From Gammaproteobacteria bacterium AqS3 (lineage in GTDB: Bacteria; Pseudomonadota; Gammaproteobacteria; MEIF01; AqS3), in assembly GCA_001750645.1 (NCBI GenBank), contig MEIF01000228.1:79322-143321 (forward strand): a DNA stretch of 64,000 nucleotides, read 5' to 3'. Positions 1-11,357 of the stretch are shown piece by piece (positions within the stretch are counted from its first letter, which is position 1; every line of letters begins with the position of its first letter). The position numbers and the translations under genes are program-made. The notes below the pieces were generated by a model, which was not told the origin of the DNA, made no database searches, and was given only the letters and a program-made list of their open reading frames with translations.

Positions 1-1690
1 GCTGCAGACCGAGGAGCGCCTGACCCTGGCGGCGGCTGCCGGCGATGCGGTTCAGGTGCGCTTCTACGCGAGACCCTCGGGCTTTGCCTTCGTCGATGCC
101 GACTGGCAGGAGCGCGGCAAGCTGAACATTCCCCTTGAGGCGGCGCCCGATCTGGACGGGTCGTCCAGGCGCATGATGATCGGCGGCAACCGCCAGCGCT
201 TCCTGTTTGTGCAGGCCGATGCCCGCTCGCTGGCGGTCTACGACCTGGCCGCCGACGCCCGCCTGCACGCCCTGACCCAGGTGGCCGGGGAGGGCGCCTC
301 AATCACCGCCCTGGAGCGCCTCAGCGGCGGGACTTCCCTGCTGATCGGCACCTCCGAGGGTGCGCTCTCGCAGTGGTTCACCAATGTCGATGCGGCCGAG
401 ACCTTTGTGCGCGCCCGAGAGTTTGACCCGCTTGAGGGCGGGCCGGTGCGGGGCATCGTCCCCGAGCAGGGGCGCCGCGGCTTTATCGCCTTCACCGACG
501 CCGACTGGGGCATCTATCACAGCACGGCCGGTCGGCGCGTGCTGCATCTCGAGGATGCCGGCATCGCCGCTGCGGCCATCAACTCCCGAAGCGACCGGCT
601 GCTGCTCAACACGGCCTCGGGGGTGCGCTACTACGGCATTGAGAATGAACACCCGGACGTGTCCTGGACCCTGATGTGGGGGCAGGTCTGGTACGAGGGC
701 TATGCCGAGCCCAGCTATCAGTGGCAGTCCTCCTCGGCCAGCAGCGACTACGAGCCCAAGCTGAGCCTGGTGCCGCTCTCGCTCGGGACGCTCAAGGCGA
801 CCTTCTACGCCATGCTGTTCGCCATTCCCCTGGGGCTGGCCGGGGCGGTCTACACGGCGGTCTTCATGGCCCCGGAAATGCGCCGCATGATCAAGCCGAC
901 GGTCGAGCTGATGGCGGCGCTGCCGACGGTGATCCTGGGGTTTCTCGGCGGTCTGATGCTGGCGCCCTTCATCGAGGCGCACCTGCCGGGGCTGGCGCTG
1001 TTTCTGGTTTTGTTCCCCCTGTTTGTGGTGCTGGTCAGCCTGCTCTGGCAGTGGCTTCCCGGGCCGGCGGGCTCGTGGGCGCAGCGGGGCTGGACGGCCC
1101 TGATCCTGCTGCCGCTGCCGGTGCTCATCGGCTGGGGCTGCATCGCCCTGTCGCCCGGCCTGGAGACCCGCTTTTTTGGCGGCGACGCCCCGGCCTGGAT
1201 CACGGCCAACCTGGGCATTTCCTTTGATCAGCGCAATGCCCTGGTGGTGGGCGTGGCCATGGGGTTTGCGGTGGTGCCGACGATCTTCTCGATCGCCGAG
1301 GACGCCCTGTTCGGCGTGCCCAAGCAGCTGATCTCCGGCTCGCTGGCGCTGGGCGCCAGCATGTGGCACACCACCATGCACGTCGTGCTGCCGACCGCCA
1401 GCCCGGGGATCTTCTCGGCGCTGATGATCGGCATGGGGCGCGCCGTCGGCGAGACCATGATCGTGCTGATGGCGACCGGCAACACGCCCCTGCTGAACTT
1501 CAACATGTTTGAGGGGATGCGCACGCTGTCGGCCAACATCGCCGTCGAAATGCCCGAGGCCGAGGTCGCCAGCACCCACTACCGCGTGCTCTTCCTGTGC
1601 GCGCTGGTGCTGTTCGTCTTCACCTTCATTCTCAACACGACCGCAGAGGCTGTGCGCCAGCGTCTGCGCGAGCGCTACGGGTCGCTGTAG
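1..1690 (+). CDS. pstC: Phosphate ABC transporter permease PstC, long form; 5' end probably upstream of the window (frame open from nt 2)
   Basis: C-terminal half is a typical ABC permease core (GTLKATFYAMLFAIPLGLAG...MATGNTP). Synteny pstC-pstA-pstB-phoU. No stop between window start and the first ATG at 56. Confidence 0.85.
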   Translation, partial: LQTEERLTLAAAAGDAVQVRFYARPSGFAFVDADWQERGKLNIPLEAAPDLDGSSRRMMIGGNRQRFLFVQADARSLAVYDLAADARLHALTQVAGEGASITALERLSGGTSLLIGTSEGALSQWFTNVDAAETFVRAREFDPLEGGPVRGIVPEQGRRGFIAFTDADWGIYHSTAGRRVLHLEDAGIAAAAINSRSDRLLLNTASGVRYYGIENEHPDVSWTLMWGQVWYEGYAEPSYQWQSSSASSDYEPKLSLVPLSLGTLKATFYAMLFAIPLGLAGAVYTAVFMAPEMRRMIKPTVELMAALPTVILGFLGGLMLAPFIEAHLPGLALFLVLFPLFVVLVSLLWQWLPGPAGSWAQRGWTALILLPLPVLIGWGCIALSPGLETRFFGGDAPAWITANLGISFDQRNALVVGVAMGFAVVPTIFSIAEDALFGVPKQLISGSLALGASMWHTTMHVVLPTASPGIFSALMIGMGRAVGETMIVLMATGNTPLLNFNMFEGMRTLSANIAVEMPEAEVASTHYRVLFLCALVLFVFTFILNTTAEAVRQRLRERYGSL

Positions 1691-3388
1691 ATGAGCGGTG
1701 CGGACAAGAACGCGCTGATCTGGAGCCGCTGGAGGGGCTCGCGCGAGGGCGGCGTCTGGCTGATCGCCAGCGCCATCTCGCTGTCGCTGGTGCTGGTGCT
1801 GGGCATGATCCTGCTGCTGGCGGTGCGCGGCATGGGGTATTTCTGGCCGTCCGAGATCATCGCCTTCGAATACCGGGAGTATCGGGAGGATCCCTGGATG
1901 CCGGTTCAGGGCGAGGTCGTCGGGCGCGAGGACGTCATTGCAGCACAGCTGATCTCGGCGGGCTATGAGCTGGAGTCGGACCAGGGCACGGTGGAGCGCT
2001 GGCTGATCAAGGTCGGCAACCGCGACGTCGGCCCGAGCGACTTTCTCTGGGTGCTCAGGCAGCACACCCGCGCTCTGAAAGTCCCCGAGGACGTCGCCGT
2101 CATCGAGCGCCTCGAGTGGGGCAATTTTTACGGAACCATCAGCGAGCTGCACCGGGGCGATGAACGGATTGGGCGCGCACAGGACGGCTCCGAGGCGCTG
2201 ATGGACGCCCTGCGGGAGAGCATCGAGCGCGCCGAGGCGCTGCGCATCCAGGTGCGCGAAATCGAAAAGCACGACATCGGCACGATCAATGCCGCACTCA
2301 ACGCCCTGCGCCTCGAGGAGCGGGGACTGAACCTGCGCGGAGAGTGGAGCCCCGAGCACGCCGCCCGGCTGGAGCGGGCGCGTCAGGTGCAGCAGCAGGC
2401 GTTTGAGCAGCTCTCCGGTCAGATTGCCGAACTGCGCGAACAGCTGATGCGCGATTCCATATCCGTTGTCGATGCCGAGGGCGCCCGGCACGAGATCGAG
2501 CTGGAGCAGATCGTGCGCGTTCTGGTCCCCAACCGCATGGGCGTGTTCTCCAAGCTGGCGGCATATCTCGAGCGCATCTGGGAATTTCTCAGCGACGAGC
2601 CGCGCGAGGCCAACACCGAGGGCGGCATCTTTCCGGCGCTGTTCGGCACCGTCATCATGGTGCTGCTGATGACGATCTTCGTCACCCCCGGCGGGGTCAT
2701 CGCCGCGATCTATCTGCGCGAATACGCCCACCAGGGGATGCTGACCCGCATCGTGCGCATCGCCATCAACAACCTGGCGGGGGTTCCCTCGATCGTCTAC
2801 GGCATCTTCGGTCTGGGGTTTTTCGTCTACTTCGTCGGCGGCGAGATCGACGAGGTGTTCTACAGCGAAAACCTCCCGGCCCCGACCTTCGGCAGCCCCG
2901 GGCTGGTGTGGGCCTCCCTGACCCTCGCCCTGCTCTCCCTGCCCGTGGTGGTGGTGGCCACCGAGGAGGGGCTGGCGCGCGTCCCCAAGAGCATGGCCGA
3001 GGGCAGCTATGCACTCGGGGCGACGCAGTTTGAAATGCTGCGCACGGTGCTGATGCCCATCATCAGCCCGGCGATCATGACCGGGCTGATCCTCGCCATT
3101 GCGCGCGCCGCCGGCGAGGTCGCCCCGCTGATGCTGGTCGGCGCCGTCAAGCTGGCCCCGTCGCTTCCGGTCGACTTCACCTTTCCGTTTGTGCACCTGG
3201 ATCGCCAGTTCATGCACCTGGGCTTTCACATCTATGACGTCGGCTTTCAGAGCCCCAATGTCGAGGCGGCCCAGCCCCTGGTCTACGCCACGGCGTTTCT
3301 GCTGGTGCTGATCATCATCGTCCTCAACCTGCTCGCCATACAAATCCGCAACAATCTGCGCGAGCAATACCGCAGTCTGGAGAGTTGA
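1691..3388 (+). CDS. pstA: Phosphate ABC transporter permease PstA, long form
   Basis: 565 aa multi-TM ABC permease. Start overlaps the pstC stop (TAGATG). Followed by pstB. Confidence 0.88.
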   Translation: MSGADKNALIWSRWRGSREGGVWLIASAISLSLVLVLGMILLLAVRGMGYFWPSEIIAFEYREYREDPWMPVQGEVVGREDVIAAQLISAGYELESDQGTVERWLIKVGNRDVGPSDFLWVLRQHTRALKVPEDVAVIERLEWGNFYGTISELHRGDERIGRAQDGSEALMDALRESIERAEALRIQVREIEKHDIGTINAALNALRLEERGLNLRGEWSPEHAARLERARQVQQQAFEQLSGQIAELREQLMRDSISVVDAEGARHEIELEQIVRVLVPNRMGVFSKLAAYLERIWEFLSDEPREANTEGGIFPALFGTVIMVLLMTIFVTPGGVIAAIYLREYAHQGMLTRIVRIAINNLAGVPSIVYGIFGLGFFVYFVGGEIDEVFYSENLPAPTFGSPGLVWASLTLALLSLPVVVVATEEGLARVPKSMAEGSYALGATQFEMLRTVLMPIISPAIMTGLILAIARAAGEVAPLMLVGAVKLAPSLPVDFTFPFVHLDRQFMHLGFHIYDVGFQSPNVEAAQPLVYATAFLLVLIIIVLNLLAIQIRNNLREQYRSLES

Positions 3389-3443
3389 GGGTGAGCAGTC
3401 GGATTGATCGCGACGGGATGGAGCGGCTCGGGAGGGCGTCCGG

Positions 3444-4214
3444 ATGAGCGGAGACAAAGAGAGCGCCATCAGCGTGCGCGACGTCAATTTCTACTACCCC
3501 GGGCGCCAGCAGGCGCTCAAGTCGATCAGCATGGAGATCCCGACCAGGCAGGTCACCGCCTTCATCGGCCCGTCCGGCTGCGGCAAGTCCACGCTGCTGC
3601 GCTGCTTCAACCGCATGAACGACCTGATCGAGGGCACCGAAATCGAGGGCGAGATCATCGTCCACGGCACCGACATTCACCATCCCGAAACGGACGTGTC
3701 CGAGCTGCGCCGCAACGTCGGCATGGTGTTCCAGAAGCCCAACCCCTTTCCCAAGAGCATCTTTGAGAATGTCGTCTACGGCCTGAGGCTGCAGGGCATC
3801 AAGCAAAAGTCCGAGCTGCAGGACCGCGCCGAGCGGGCGCTGAAGGGCGCGGCGCTCTGGGATGAGGTGTCCGATCGGCTGCACCAGAATGCGCTCGGGC
3901 TCTCGGGCGGCCAGCAGCAGCGGCTGGTCATCGCCAGGGCCATTGCGGTGGCGCCCCAGGTGCTGCTCCTGGACGAGCCGGCCAGTGCGCTGGATCCGAT
4001 CTCCACGCTGCGCATTGAGGAGCTGATCAACACCCTCAAGCAGGACTACACCGTGGTCATCGTCACCCACAACATGCAGCAGGCCGCGCGCATTTCGGAC
4101 TTCACCAGCTTTCTCTACCTGGGCGAGCAGATTGAATTTGGCCAGACCCAGCAGATCTTCACCAATCCCAGCGAAAAGCAGACCGAGGATTACATCACAG
4201 GCCGCTACGGCTAG
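3444..4214 (+). CDS. pstB: Phosphate import ATP-binding protein PstB
   Basis: Walker [10 protein letters not shown], signature LSGGQQQRL, Walker B LLLDEP. Classic PstB N-terminus ([13 protein letters not shown]). Confidence 0.95.
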   Translation: MSGDKESAISVRDVNFYYPGRQQALKSISMEIPTRQVTAFIGPSGCGKSTLLRCFNRMNDLIEGTEIEGEIIVHGTDIHHPETDVSELRRNVGMVFQKPNPFPKSIFENVVYGLRLQGIKQKSELQDRAERALKGAALWDEVSDRLHQNALGLSGGQQQRLVIARAIAVAPQVLLLDEPASALDPISTLRIEELINTLKQDYTVVIVTHNMQQAARISDFTSFLYLGEQIEFGQTQQIFTNPSEKQTEDYITGRYG

Positions 4215-4223
4215 GAGGGCGCC

Positions 4224-4916
4224 ATGACCGATCACATCCTGACCGAATTTGACAACGATCTAAAGGGGCTGCACGAATTGCTGGCCAGCATGTCGGCGCA
4301 CGTCGAGGAGCAGATGCGGGAGACCGAGCAGCTGCTCAAAGACCCGCACCTGGAGCTGGTCGACAGCGTGCTGGCCAAGGCCACGAACGTCAACCGCATG
4401 GAGATCCGCATTGACCGGACGTGTGCCCGCATCCTGGCCAGGCACCACCCGCTGGCCAGCGACCTGCGCACCATCATCACCGCCCAGAAGGTCATCGCCG
4501 ACATCGAGCGCATCGGCGATGAGTGCGAGCGCATCGCCAAGAGCGTCAACGACCGCCTTGAGGAGGGCTTCGATGCGGGACAGATGCCGGACAACCTGGT
4601 CGGGCTGGCCGGGCTGGTCAGCCAGTCCGTGCGGGGCAGCATCGACTCCTATCTGCGGGTCGACACCGACGGGGCACGGCAGGTCATCAGCGGCGACCAG
4701 GCGATTGACGAGTGCTATGCCGAAATTCTGGGGCAGATCTCCGAGCGGCTGAAAAAATCCGAGGCCGGGGTCGAGGCCGTGGCAATGGAGTGGCTCTGGG
4801 TGGTGCGCTCGCTGGAGCGCATCGGCGACCACAGCTGCAACGTGGCCGAGTACGCCATCTACCTGGACGAGGGCAAGGACGTCCGGCACAAGGGCAAGCT
4901 CAATCCCGGGGATTGA
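4224..4916 (+). CDS. phoU: Phosphate-specific transport regulator PhoU
   Basis: 230 aa. Two PhoU-like repeats with conserved D/E...R helices. Immediately downstream of pstB. Confidence 0.9.
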   Translation: MTDHILTEFDNDLKGLHELLASMSAHVEEQMRETEQLLKDPHLELVDSVLAKATNVNRMEIRIDRTCARILARHHPLASDLRTIITAQKVIADIERIGDECERIAKSVNDRLEEGFDAGQMPDNLVGLAGLVSQSVRGSIDSYLRVDTDGARQVISGDQAIDECYAEILGQISERLKKSEAGVEAVAMEWLWVVRSLERIGDHSCNVAEYAIYLDEGKDVRHKGKLNPGD

Positions 4917-5068
4917 CGGGATGGCGGCGGGGAGCTGTCACTGATGTTTCAACTTGACCGCTCTGCGTGTAAAATCCGCCCCGTGCAGGGACGATGCCGT
5001 ACTGATTGGAAGAATGTCTAGGCACTTGCTGAAAGAAAGGGCATCACTGTGCTTTAGGTGGGGCAATC

Positions 5069-6139
5069 ATGACTAGTCCCCAGCGAGATCTCATTCAAAA
5101 TCTTATTGAAGGAAAAGCCTTGACAATCGCCGACTTCCCTCCGCAATCTAGGCTCAAAAATACCCAATATAGGAAAGTCTCACGGCTCATTTCCGCAGCC
5201 GGCACTTCAGAAAATATCCCAAGGAACTTTCATTCCCTCTGTAGCTTCATTGAAAAAGAAGTTCTTGCGACAGGTGAATCTAATCTCAAAGCTAGGCCCG
5301 TCAGTCGCCCTTACTTTGGAGAAACCGCGCATTACCGCCGCACCGCATCAGCTTTCATTGGAGGAAAGAATTTGATGCATCGTGATTTGAAGTTGGAAGC
5401 TTTGGAAAAATATATCCACAAACAAGCCTACTACTTGCTTCTATCAGTCTTGGCTGGGATGGAAGAAGAAAAAACCACAATGCGTCGAAGTTTCATCAAA
5501 AGCCTCATTGAAAAAGAGGCTTTAATTTTTGGTGATTTCAAGCTGAAATCTGGGCGAAAAAGTCCTTACTTTTTTAACATCGGCAACCTTAGCCAGGGAA
5601 GTTTTGTCAACGTGTTGGGGAGACAGTATGCGGAGTCGATCCAAAACGAATTTGGTTCGCAATCGGAAGGTGACACTGTTCTTTTTGGACCAGCTTACAA
5701 AGGCATTCCGCTGGTCACCGCAACCGCTATGGTGTTGGGTTGGGAAATGGCTTATGACCGCAAAGAGGAAAAAGAGCATGGTGAGGGCGGGCGCCTGTGC
5801 GGCTCGGATCTAGACGGTCGCGAGGTGATTTTGATCGATGATGTTTTGACGGCTGGGACAGCTGTTAGACACTCCGCTGAACTGATTGAAGAGGCGGGCG
5901 GAAAGCTAAAAGGAGTTGTGCTGGCCTTTGATCGTCAGGAAAAGGTGGATAAGCACTCAGGTTTCTCGGCCACGCAGAAATTACAGGAAGACTTGGATGT
6001 GGCTGTAGAGTCATTGGCATGTATGGATGATCTATTGGATTATTTGTTGAACACCAGTGAAGGCGAGGAAGCACTTCCCGATCAACAGGTGAAAAGGATG
6101 TTGCGCTACCGCGAGCGCTACGGCGTCCGGGCCGCCTAG
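5069..6139 (+). CDS. pyrE: Orotate phosphoribosyltransferase-like protein, atypical low GC, with ~140-aa N-terminal extension that duplicates the PyrE N-terminus
   Basis: C-terminal 217 aa from MRRSFIKSLIEKEALIFGDFKLKSGRKSPYFFN through FGPAYKGIPLV to VILIDDVLTAGTA is an unmistakable OPRTase, colinear with E. coli PyrE. Residues 1-25 (MTSPQRDLIQNLIEGKALTIADF) resemble the PyrE N-terminus a second time. GC roughly 43% against ~65% in the flanks. Confidence 0.7.
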   Translation: MTSPQRDLIQNLIEGKALTIADFPPQSRLKNTQYRKVSRLISAAGTSENIPRNFHSLCSFIEKEVLATGESNLKARPVSRPYFGETAHYRRTASAFIGGKNLMHRDLKLEALEKYIHKQAYYLLLSVLAGMEEEKTTMRRSFIKSLIEKEALIFGDFKLKSGRKSPYFFNIGNLSQGSFVNVLGRQYAESIQNEFGSQSEGDTVLFGPAYKGIPLVTATAMVLGWEMAYDRKEEKEHGEGGRLCGSDLDGREVILIDDVLTAGTAVRHSAELIEEAGGKLKGVVLAFDRQEKVDKHSGFSATQKLQEDLDVAVESLACMDDLLDYLLNTSEGEEALPDQQVKRMLRYRERYGVRAA

Positions 6140-6154
6140 CCCCGGGGGCAGACG

Positions 6155-6763
6155 GTGTTCACCGGCATTGTCCAGGGCTGCGCCACACTGCGGAGCCGCA
6201 CCGTCAGCGAGGCCGGCGAGCGCTGGTGCATCGGCGGGCCGGCACATCTGTTTCAGAATCTGGAAATCGGCGCCAGCGTCGCCGTCAACGGCTGCTGCCT
6301 GACCGCAGTCGCCCGGGCGGCGGATTGGATGGAGGTCGACCTGGTCGGCGAGACCCTCGCGCGCACGCACTTCGGCGACCTGTCCGAGGGCGCCTCCCTC
6401 AACCTCGAGCGCTCGCTGAAATTCGGCGACGAGGTCGGCGGGCACATTCTCTCCGGGCACGTCCACTGCTGCGCCCAGCTGATCGCCAGGGACGGGGAGA
6501 CCTTCCGCTTCCGGGCGCCGCCGGAGTGGGCCAAGTACCTGATCTCCAAGGGCTTCATCGGCCTGGCCGGCTGTAGCCTGACGCTGGGAGCGCTCGGCCC
6601 CGCCGACGGCGAGTTCTGCGTCCATCTCATTCCCGAGACGCTGCGCCTGACCAACCTGGACGCACTGGCTGAGGGGGACAGGGTCAACATCGAATTCGAG
6701 CAGCAGACGGTCGCCGTGGTCGAGACCGTCGAGCGTGTTCTGGCGGTGCGCGGGGCGGGCTAG
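6155..6763 (+). CDS. ribE: Riboflavin synthase alpha subunit
   Basis: MFTGIVQG start, NGCCLT motif, CVHLIPETL motif. Colinear with E. coli RibC/RibE over the full length. Confidence 0.88.
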   Translation: MFTGIVQGCATLRSRTVSEAGERWCIGGPAHLFQNLEIGASVAVNGCCLTAVARAADWMEVDLVGETLARTHFGDLSEGASLNLERSLKFGDEVGGHILSGHVHCCAQLIARDGETFRFRAPPEWAKYLISKGFIGLAGCSLTLGALGPADGEFCVHLIPETLRLTNLDALAEGDRVNIEFEQQTVAVVETVERVLAVRGAG

Positions 6764-6937
6764 AAATCGCCCCCCGGGGGCTTTCATCCGATCCGATTGA
6801 CGGGGTTATTTCGCCCCCGATCAGGGGGCTGTTTCGGGGCGCTCATGTAAAATGCGCGGCCCGCGAATGGTGCCGACGCACCGACAGTGCGGCCTCGCCA
6901 ATAAGGTGCGCGCACGAGCAAAACTGGGGGAAGGGGA

Positions 6938-8950
6938 ATGGATGGATGGATGATACCGGCACTGGGAGTGGCCGGGCTGGCGTTTGCATATCTGCTCTAT
7001 TTTGTGATCACGCGCCGCAGCGAGGGCGAGGGCGAGATCAAGGCCATAGGCGATGAGATCCACCTGGGGGCGATGGTCTTCATGCGCCGGGAATATCTCA
7101 TGCTGCTGCTGTTTTCCTCTGTCGTTCTGGTGCTGATCTTCTTCGGGCTCGGAACCAACACCGCCATTGCCTTTGTCGTCGGAGCCTCCTGCTCGGCGCT
7201 GGCCGGCTACTTCGGCATGTTTTCAGCGACCCGGGCCAATGTGCGCACGGCTGTGGCCGCGCGCGACGAGGGGGCGGCAGGGGCGCTTTCGATCGCCTTT
7301 TACGGCGGCTCGATCATGGGTCTGTGCGTCGCCTCGCTGGGTCTGATCGGCCTGGGTGCGCTCTACCTGATGTTCGGCAGCAACCCCGAGCACGCCGAGG
7401 CGATTCACGGCTTCGGGGTCGGCGCCTCCTCGGTGGCGCTGTTCTCGCGCGTCGGCGGGGGGATCTTCACCAAGAGCGCCGACATCGGCGCCGACCTGGT
7501 CGGCAAGGTCGAGGCGGGCATCCCCGAGGACGACCCGCGCAACCCCGGGGTGATTGCCGACAACGTCGGCGACAATGTCGGCGATGTCGCCGGAATGGGG
7601 TCGGACATCTTCGAGTCCTACTGCGGCTCGATCATCGCCACCATGGCGATCGCCGCGACGCTGGCCATCGGAATGGCCGAAAAAACCAACTCAATGCTGC
7701 TGCCGCTGGCGCTCGCGGCCATCGGCCTGATCGCCTCGGTGCTGGGCATTCTGATTGTCCGCCTGCGCGCCGGGTCGGCTCCGGACGCCGCCCTGCGCAG
7801 CGGCATGCTGCTGGCTCCGGTGGTCTTCGTCGCCATGGCCTGGGTGGTGATGGGGCGGCTCGCCGTGGACGGCCGGCTGGCCGACAACCCGATGCTCGAT
7901 ATCTGGCTGAGCGTGCTCGCCGGGGCGGTCGGCGGCGTCGCCGTCGGGCTGATCACCGACTACTACACCTCGAAAAAGCCGGTGCGCGACATCGCCCAGG
8001 CCGGCGAGACCGGTCCGGCGACGGTGCTGATCGCCGGGCTGGCCGTCGGCATGCAGTCGGTGGTGCTGCCGCTGCTGGTGATCTGCGGGATCATATTCGT
8101 CTCGACTTACCTGGCCGGCCTCTACGGGGTCGGAATCGCCGCGGTCGGCATGCTGGCGACGGTGGGCATCACCATGGCGGTCGACGCCTACGGTCCGGTT
8201 GCCGACAACGCCGGCGGCATTGCCGAGATGGGCGGCATGGGCGCCGAGACGCGCGAGATCACCGACTCCCTCGACGAGCTGGGCAACACCACCGCCGCGA
8301 TCGGCAAGGGCTTTGCGATCAGCGCCGCCGCCCTGGCAGCGCTGGCCATCATTGCCGCCTTCATCCAGACCGTCGAAAAGAACGTCGACGGCTTTGCACT
8401 TGAGTTGAGCAATCCCATGGTGCTGATCGGGCTGTTTATCGGCGGGCTGCTGCCGTTTCTGATCGCCTCGATCACGATGACTGCGGTCGGCGATGCGGCC
8501 TTTGACATGATCAAGGAGATCCGCCGCCAGTTCAAGGAAATCCCCGGCCTGCTCGAGGGCACCGGCAAGCCCGACACCGCCCGCTGCGTCGACATTGCCA
8601 CCAGCGCCGCCCTGCGCCGGATGATGCTGCCGGGCGTGATTGCGGTCGGCTCCCCGGTTGTGGTGGGCTTCGTCCTCGGACCCGAGGCGCTCGGCGGCAT
8701 GCTCGGCGGAGCGCTGCTCAGCTGCGTCCTGCTGGCGCTGATGATGGCCAATGCGGGCGGGGCCTGGGACAACGCCAAGAAGTATGTCGAAAAGGGCAAC
8801 CTCGGCGGCAAGGGCAGCGAGGTGCACGCCGCCACAGTGGTTGGCGACACGGTCGGCGATCCTTTCAAAGACACCTCGGGGCCGTCAATGAATATTCTGA
8901 TCAACGTGATGGCGATCGTGAGTCTGGTGATTGCCCCGCTGCTGGGTTGA
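6938..8950 (+). CDS. hppA: Membrane-bound proton/sodium-translocating pyrophosphatase
   Basis: [18 protein letters not shown] and DNAGGIAEM signatures. 670 aa polytopic. Confidence 0.95.
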   Translation: MDGWMIPALGVAGLAFAYLLYFVITRRSEGEGEIKAIGDEIHLGAMVFMRREYLMLLLFSSVVLVLIFFGLGTNTAIAFVVGASCSALAGYFGMFSATRANVRTAVAARDEGAAGALSIAFYGGSIMGLCVASLGLIGLGALYLMFGSNPEHAEAIHGFGVGASSVALFSRVGGGIFTKSADIGADLVGKVEAGIPEDDPRNPGVIADNVGDNVGDVAGMGSDIFESYCGSIIATMAIAATLAIGMAEKTNSMLLPLALAAIGLIASVLGILIVRLRAGSAPDAALRSGMLLAPVVFVAMAWVVMGRLAVDGRLADNPMLDIWLSVLAGAVGGVAVGLITDYYTSKKPVRDIAQAGETGPATVLIAGLAVGMQSVVLPLLVICGIIFVSTYLAGLYGVGIAAVGMLATVGITMAVDAYGPVADNAGGIAEMGGMGAETREITDSLDELGNTTAAIGKGFAISAAALAALAIIAAFIQTVEKNVDGFALELSNPMVLIGLFIGGLLPFLIASITMTAVGDAAFDMIKEIRRQFKEIPGLLEGTGKPDTARCVDIATSAALRRMMLPGVIAVGSPVVVGFVLGPEALGGMLGGALLSCVLLALMMANAGGAWDNAKKYVEKGNLGGKGSEVHAATVVGDTVGDPFKDTSGPSMNILINVMAIVSLVIAPLLG

Positions 8951-11357
8951 ACGTCTGCGGCGGCAGATTGAGCCCCTGAACCTGCGAGTCCTGCCGGCAC
9001 CCCAAACTCTGCGCACTGTCGGGCTGTTGGCAATCCTGCTGCTGTTCAGCTCGGGCGCCCGTGCCGAGATCGTCGTCGACGGGGTTATGGATGAAGCCGA
9101 ATGGGGCCGGGCGCAGCAGCTGGAGGCGCTGCGGGGCGTCATGCCCAAGCTGGGCGACGCCGCACCGTGGCCGACCGAGGTGCGGCTGATTTCACGCCCC
9201 GACGGGCTCTACATCGGCATCGCCAACTTCCAGCCCTACGACACGCACGTCGACAAGCTGCACCCGCGCGATGGCTGGAGTTTTGCCGATTTCAATCAGG
9301 TGGTCATAGACTTTGCCGCCTCGGGCGTGCAGGCCTATGAGTTCTTCGTTTCGCTCGGGGGCTCGATCAAAGACGGCACCTGGCGCAACCAGAACGAGCG
9401 CTCAACCGACTGGGACGGGCTCTGGCACGCCGCCACCAGCCGGCACCCCGACCGCTGGGAGATGGAGATGCTGATCCCCTGGGGCTCGGTCGCACTGCCG
9501 GCGGCGGACTCGGACATGCGCGAGATCCGCCTCTACGTCTCCCGGCGGGTGCTGCACACCAACCGAATGTACGGCGCGCCCTTTCTCAACATGCGCGATC
9601 AGAAATTCATCAGCGAATTCACCCCGATTCAGATCAGGGCCTACAGCGCGCGCCAGCTGATCTTCACCCCCTACGCCTCGGCCGACTCCGATCAGCTGCC
9701 CGGCGGCGAGGACGAGCGGCGCGCCGGAGTCGACATCAACTGGCGCTACGGGCCGGGCCAGATCAGCGCGACCCTCAACCCCGACTTCGGCACGGCCGAG
9801 AGCGACGACCTGGTGGTGAATTTTTCATCGGTCGAGACGCTGCTGTCCGACCGCCGGCCCTTCTTCACCGAGAATCAGGATCTGTTCAAGATCACCGGTC
9901 ACCGACTGACGCTGATCAACACCAGGCGCATCGGCTCCGAGCCGGACTACCGCTGCGGCGACTACGACGATGAGCCGAGCAAGCGCAATGCCTGCGAGGC
10001 CGAGGACGACGCCAATCAGACGCTCGCAGAGCTCGACTTCGGCATCAAGCTGAACCACCTGCTGAACAACCGCGAGGTGGGGCTGCTGGTCGCCTCGGAG
10101 GGTGACAGCCGCTACTCCGAGGGGCGCGACTTCTTCGCCCTGCGCGGGGTGATCAACCGCTCCCCCAACAAGATCGGCGCGCTGGTCACCCACACCCGCC
10201 GCCCGGTGATTGAGCGCGATGCCCGGGTGTACTCCCTCGACTATGAATACGTATTCAATTCCAAGTGGCGCATCACCGGCCTGAGCATGCAGTCCTCGGT
10301 GCAGGAGGCGGATGCAGACCCCGTCGAAGGCTTCGGCCAGCGCCTGATCTTTTGGCACACCCCCGATGATGAATGGCAGAACTTCTATGTGCTGGCGCAC
10401 TACGACGAGGGCTTTGACCTCAACGACATGGGTTATGTCAACCGCGACGAGTACAACGATTTCTACATCAGCACCAAGCGCATCCAGAGGCAGTTTGACA
10501 AGGACTCGCCGCTGCGCCGCCGGCAGTTTGAATTCAATGTGGATCACTCGCGCGGCTACGACAACCTCAACCTGCGCCGTTTTGTCGAGCTCAAGCTCAA
10601 CGGCCAGTTCAAAAACAGCTATCAGCTCAACTTCAGTCTGGTGCACAGGGACGCCGGCATCGACGACCTGATGACCTTCTCCGACCCGGCCGGTCCCTAT
10701 GCCAGGGTCGGCGAGTCGGGCGAGCTGGAGATCTTCGCCAAGACGCCCGACCAGAGAAGGGTGTTTTTCGAGGTTGCAGCCCTGGCGGGTCGGGAGCCGC
10801 TTGGCGGTCGGGTTCAGAGGCTGCGGGCCCGGGTGCATTTCAAGCTCTCGCTGACCAGCAACCTGTCGCTCCAGCTCATCGAGCGCCGCTCGAGCGGCTG
10901 GCTGGTGTCGTGGCACGGCGACCGCTTCATCACCCGCTTTTCCGACACCCTGCGCAACCGCATCAACATCAACTTTGACTGGCTGCCGGCGCCCGGCCAC
11001 GAGATCCGCCTGAAGGTGCAGTGGGCCGGGATACAGGCGCACAGCGGCCAGCTGCTGACGCCCGACCTTTCGGACGGCGGCGAGCTGCGTCCCGCGCAGG
11101 CCGATTTAGATGGTTCTCTCACCAACCGAGACAGCCTTGTGAACGGGCTGAGCTACTACTCGGTCAGCAGCCAGCTGCGCTATCGCTGGCGCTTTGCCCC
11201 GCTGAGCGATTTTTACCTGGTCTACCAGAGGGGCGGCAGCGGCTCAGAAAACGCCGAGACCGGCGATCCGGAATTCAGCCGCAGGGGGCTGATTCGCACG
11301 GCGTGGTCGCATCCCGACCAGGCCTTCCTGCTGGCCAAGCTGAGCTACCGCTTTTAG
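8931..11357 (+). CDS. Secreted/outer-membrane protein with CBM9-like (DUF5916-type) N-terminal domain; start codon uncertain
   Basis: Signal-peptide-like [14 protein letters not shown]. 800-aa protein ending in the aromatic terminal ...AKLSYRF typical of OM beta-barrels. Family recall is tentative. Confidence 0.4.
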   Translation: MPRCWVERLRRQIEPLNLRVLPAPQTLRTVGLLAILLLFSSGARAEIVVDGVMDEAEWGRAQQLEALRGVMPKLGDAAPWPTEVRLISRPDGLYIGIANFQPYDTHVDKLHPRDGWSFADFNQVVIDFAASGVQAYEFFVSLGGSIKDGTWRNQNERSTDWDGLWHAATSRHPDRWEMEMLIPWGSVALPAADSDMREIRLYVSRRVLHTNRMYGAPFLNMRDQKFISEFTPIQIRAYSARQLIFTPYASADSDQLPGGEDERRAGVDINWRYGPGQISATLNPDFGTAESDDLVVNFSSVETLLSDRRPFFTENQDLFKITGHRLTLINTRRIGSEPDYRCGDYDDEPSKRNACEAEDDANQTLAELDFGIKLNHLLNNREVGLLVASEGDSRYSEGRDFFALRGVINRSPNKIGALVTHTRRPVIERDARVYSLDYEYVFNSKWRITGLSMQSSVQEADADPVEGFGQRLIFWHTPDDEWQNFYVLAHYDEGFDLNDMGYVNRDEYNDFYISTKRIQRQFDKDSPLRRRQFEFNVDHSRGYDNLNLRRFVELKLNGQFKNSYQLNFSLVHRDAGIDDLMTFSDPAGPYARVGESGELEIFAKTPDQRRVFFEVAALAGREPLGGRVQRLRARVHFKLSLTSNLSLQLIERRSSGWLVSWHGDRFITRFSDTLRNRININFDWLPAPGHEIRLKVQWAGIQAHSGQLLTPDLSDGGELRPAQADLDGSLTNRDSLVNGLSYYSVSSQLRYRWRFAPLSDFYLVYQRGGSGSENAETGDPEFSRRGLIRTAWSHPDQAFLLAKLSYRF

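Noticed and set aside
299-3487. 1062-aa ORF on the minus strand spanning pstC/pstA
   Set aside because: Antisense shadow ORF typical of high-GC DNA. Product is Arg/Gly/Asp/His-rich low complexity with no motifs. The opposite strand carries well-supported pstC and pstA.
7324-8827. Overlapping ORFs (359 aa +, 378 aa -) inside hppA
   Set aside because: Alternative-frame and antisense artefacts within the strongly supported pyrophosphatase gene. Arg/Gly-rich nonsense.
9825-11042. 405-aa minus-strand ORF
   Set aside because: Antisense to the 808-aa outer-membrane-protein gene. No motifs.
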